From: Promethearchaeota archaeon | GTDB taxonomy: Archaea > Asgardarchaeota > Lokiarchaeia > Sigyniarchaeales > SOKP01 | DNA: 64,000 nucleotides | Direction: 5' to 3' | NCBI GenBank assembly: GCA_016840085.1 | Contig: JAEOTA010000054.1 | Span: 32,001-96,000, forward strand | In this document: positions 61,874 through 64,000 of the stretch, piece after piece | Layout of the letters: each line of letters begins with the position of its first letter | Position numbering within the stretch: position 1 is the stretch's first letter | Notes under the pieces: model-generated | The model's input: only the letters and a program-made list of their open reading frames with translations | Told to the model about the DNA's origin: nothing | Database searches by the model: none | Translations under genes and position numbers: made by a program

Positions 61874-62677
61874 ATGGACGACTACTTATTCAAAAAACAC
61901 CTTGAAACAAAAGATAATCTTCTTAAGTTAAAAGATGATCAAGTAAAAACTCTCGAGAATTCATTAAGATTGAAAGATGAGCAAATACAAACTCTCGAAA
62001 ATTCATTACAAATCAAAGATGAAAAAGCGGAAACTTTAGAAAAAACAATTAAACTTAAAGAGGAGGAAATCAGTAAATTGAAGTCTTCTGCCCTTGATCC
62101 AAATGTTGTAAAAGCAAAAGATGAAAAGCTTAAAGAACTTGAAAAAGAAATAGAAATTTTAAATGGAGAATTAGCAAAAGCAGATGAAGATTTAGAAAGC
62201 TTAGAATTAGAAAATGAGAAACTTAGAACTGCTAAATCTAGCTCTACAGATGCTACAATCACTGATTTTACAAATGCTCAAATCAGTAAATCAGAGATTC
62301 TTGAAAAAATGAGAGAAATAATACAAAATGCTAAATCTAATGTTACAATTGTAGTCCCTAGTATTGAAGATTTACAGGCGCTTTACTTATATGAAGCTAA
62401 AGCCTCTACTACTCTGAAGATAGCTTGTTCAATCAATGCTGGGATCGAAGAACATAGTGAACTTTTAGATGAACTCGAATCATTTGATAATATTACTCTC
62501 AGAAATTATGTGCGAAAAGATAGATATGCTCTTGTTCGAGATGGAGAAGAATTACTTGTCGCAGTAATTGGAAAATCCGAAAGTAGTCATTTAACTTTCC
62601 ATACAAAAGACTCAAAACATATTCGATTGTTAACTTCTTTAATAACAGAATCTTGGATCCAAAGTAGGAAAGTATAA
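61874..62677 (+). CDS. Coiled-coil protein with a C-terminal TrmB/PLD-like domain
   Basis: 14-aa heptad repeats, then REIIQNAKSNVTIVVP...VRDGEELL...LITESW. Confidence 0.65.
   Translation: MDDYLFKKHLETKDNLLKLKDDQVKTLENSLRLKDEQIQTLENSLQIKDEKAETLEKTIKLKEEEISKLKSSALDPNVVKAKDEKLKELEKEIEILNGELAKADEDLESLELENEKLRTAKSSSTDATITDFTNAQISKSEILEKMREIIQNAKSNVTIVVPSIEDLQALYLYEAKASTTLKIACSINAGIEEHSELLDELESFDNITLRNYVRKDRYALVRDGEELLVAVIGKSESSHLTFHTKDSKHIRLLTSLITESWIQSRKV
61925..62065 (+). repeat. Degenerate 42-nt tandem coding repeat (3-4 units, K/R-L-K-D-E-Q-I-x-T-L-E-N-S-L)
   Basis: aaagatgatcaagtaaaaactctcgagaattcatta / aaagatgagcaaatacaaactctcgaaaattcatta. Confidence 0.6.
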
Positions 62678-62706
62678 AAAATTCCATCATTTAATTCTGA
62701 TTATAT

Positions 62707-63423
62707 TTAAAAGATAGGGCATTTTATTTTTTCACATTTATCATTTATAGCTGAAAAAATACACTTATTATAAGTATATTTCAATTCAATATTGAATTTT
62801 TCTTTTAAGAAAGCTAAAGTTTCGCATATTGATAATTTAACCGATCTCTTGCAACAATGCTCTAGATTATCTGCTATCTTAGCTAATGATCTTGATGTCA
62901 TTTGATTCGCTAATGTTCTAGGCTTATCTGTAGAAGGGGTTGCATCCGTGAAGATACTGATTGCAACTCCAGATCCCATACCTGCTCCACATGATCCATA
63001 AAAACCACACCATCCTCCTGGGATCTTAGAGGCTCTTCTAATTGCTTCTTTGATATCAAATAAACTGATATCATTACCATCTAATTTTTTTATTTCATTA
63101 TTTTTAAGAGCTGTTAAAATAACTGCGGGTGTTAATACATGATGTTCGGGTCCATATAATTTAAAATTTGGGTGCTTCATTATTAAATCTGCTAATTCAA
63201 ATGGATCTTTTATACTTGTTTCAGCACAAATCTTTTCAATAATATCAATTGGACCTTTTATATGGCAATCATTACAAATATAATGTCCATCTTCACAATA
63301 AATATTAGTATTAAATATATTTCCACAGAATTTGCAGGTAAGATCGTTATAATCTTCAGGTTTCGTCGCATAAATTAACTTTTTACCGCAAATCTCACAT
63401 TTATCACTTTTATTCTTAGTCAT
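62707..63423 (-). CDS. DUF5714-like Cys-rich protein
   Basis: CEICG, CKFCG, CEDGHYICNDCH, GPEHH, PGGWCGFYGSCGAG, CCKRS. Confidence 0.78.
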   Translation of the reverse strand: MTKNKSDKCEICGKKLIYATKPEDYNDLTCKFCGNIFNTNIYCEDGHYICNDCHIKGPIDIIEKICAETSIKDPFELADLIMKHPNFKLYGPEHHVLTPAVILTALKNNEIKKLDGNDISLFDIKEAIRRASKIPGGWCGFYGSCGAGMGSGVAISIFTDATPSTDKPRTLANQMTSRSLAKIADNLEHCCKRSVKLSICETLAFLKEKFNIELKYTYNKCIFSAINDKCEKIKCPIF

Positions 63424-63447
63424 TCTTAATCATCCACTTAAAGTATA

Positions 63448-63999
63448 TTATATTTCTATAAATGTTCTTTTTCTTTTATAAAAGTGAGCTAGTTTATTAT
63501 AACCTATCCTGCTTACCAATTTAACCATTTTTTTAAATTTATAACCTACTTCATTAGGATGATGAGCATCTGAGCCTAAGAGAATAGGGATTCCCAATTC
63601 ATACATTTCTTCGATAATTTCTAAACTAGGATATTGTTCTTTTATCTTTTTTCTTAATCCCCCTGTATTAATTTCAATCGTCAAATCTCTTTTTTTAACA
63701 AGCTCAAGAGTTTTAATTGCTTCATTTATAATCAATTCTTTGTCGATAGCTCTTTTATTATATTTTTTTGGTAAATCAAAATGACTTACAACATCAAAAT
63801 CAAATTCTTCTGAAGTGATCATATCCTTTAATTTATGATAATATTCCAGATAAATATTATCAATACTGTCATATTCTTTATACATACTTAAAAATCTCCT
63901 ATCATCAAAAGCAAAAAGTTTTGATTTTCCATGTAATGTATGGACAGAGCCTAAGATATAGTCTAAATTATTTAAACTATTATTAATTTTTAAATTTAA
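63448..63999 (-). CDS. Histidinol-phosphatase, PHP family (HisJ/HisK-like), C-terminal part; runs off the window end
   Basis: LDYILGSVH, SHFDLPK, EINTGGLRK, YPS, GSDAH; frame open to the window edge. Confidence 0.88.
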   Translation of the reverse strand, partial: LNLKINNSLNNLDYILGSVHTLHGKSKLFAFDDRRFLSMYKEYDSIDNIYLEYYHKLKDMITSEEFDFDVVSHFDLPKKYNKRAIDKELIINEAIKTLELVKKRDLTIEINTGGLRKKIKEQYPSLEIIEEMYELGIPILLGSDAHHPNEVGYKFKKMVKLVSRIGYNKLAHFYKRKRTFIEI

Positions 64000-64000
64000 A

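Noticed and set aside
1-64000. CRISPR arrays, tRNA/rRNA genes, IS elements, proviral genes
   Set aside because: No regularly spaced repeats, GC-rich RNA-like islands, transposases or integrases were seen on reading the sequence

Overview
AT-rich, gene-dense archaeal chromosome segment, most consistent with an Asgard archaeon of the Lokiarchaeia type. This assignment is inferred from the tandem Rab/Roc-like small GTPases, a tandem Roadblock protein, Rpn11-like JAMM proteases, PAN and NreA. The window holds a broken tungsten-type aldehyde:ferredoxin oxidoreductase gene, a complete Mo/W-cofactor operon (moaC-moaA-moaD-moaE-moeA-moaB-moeA) and a tupABC tungstate transporter. It also holds a MoxR-vWA pair, iscS and iscU, PAN, a divergent beta-CASP nuclease, a copA copper locus, and a cluster of three JAMM/MPN+ proteases with coiled-coil tails beside a ChlI/ChlD-like AAA+-vWA protein. 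I found no rRNA, tRNA, CRISPR array or transposase. Most notable observations: (1) the three-JAMM coiled-coil locus; (2) several genes whose conserved N-termini appear to need AUU/AUA initiation; (3) a MoxR-vWA junction compatible with -1 frameshifting or AUA-coupled reinitiation; (4) a Cys-rich small domain present both fused to CopA and as a free paralog next door; (5) an identical palindromic operator in front of both the moa and tup operons. All functional calls come from motif recognition by eye; no database searches were run.
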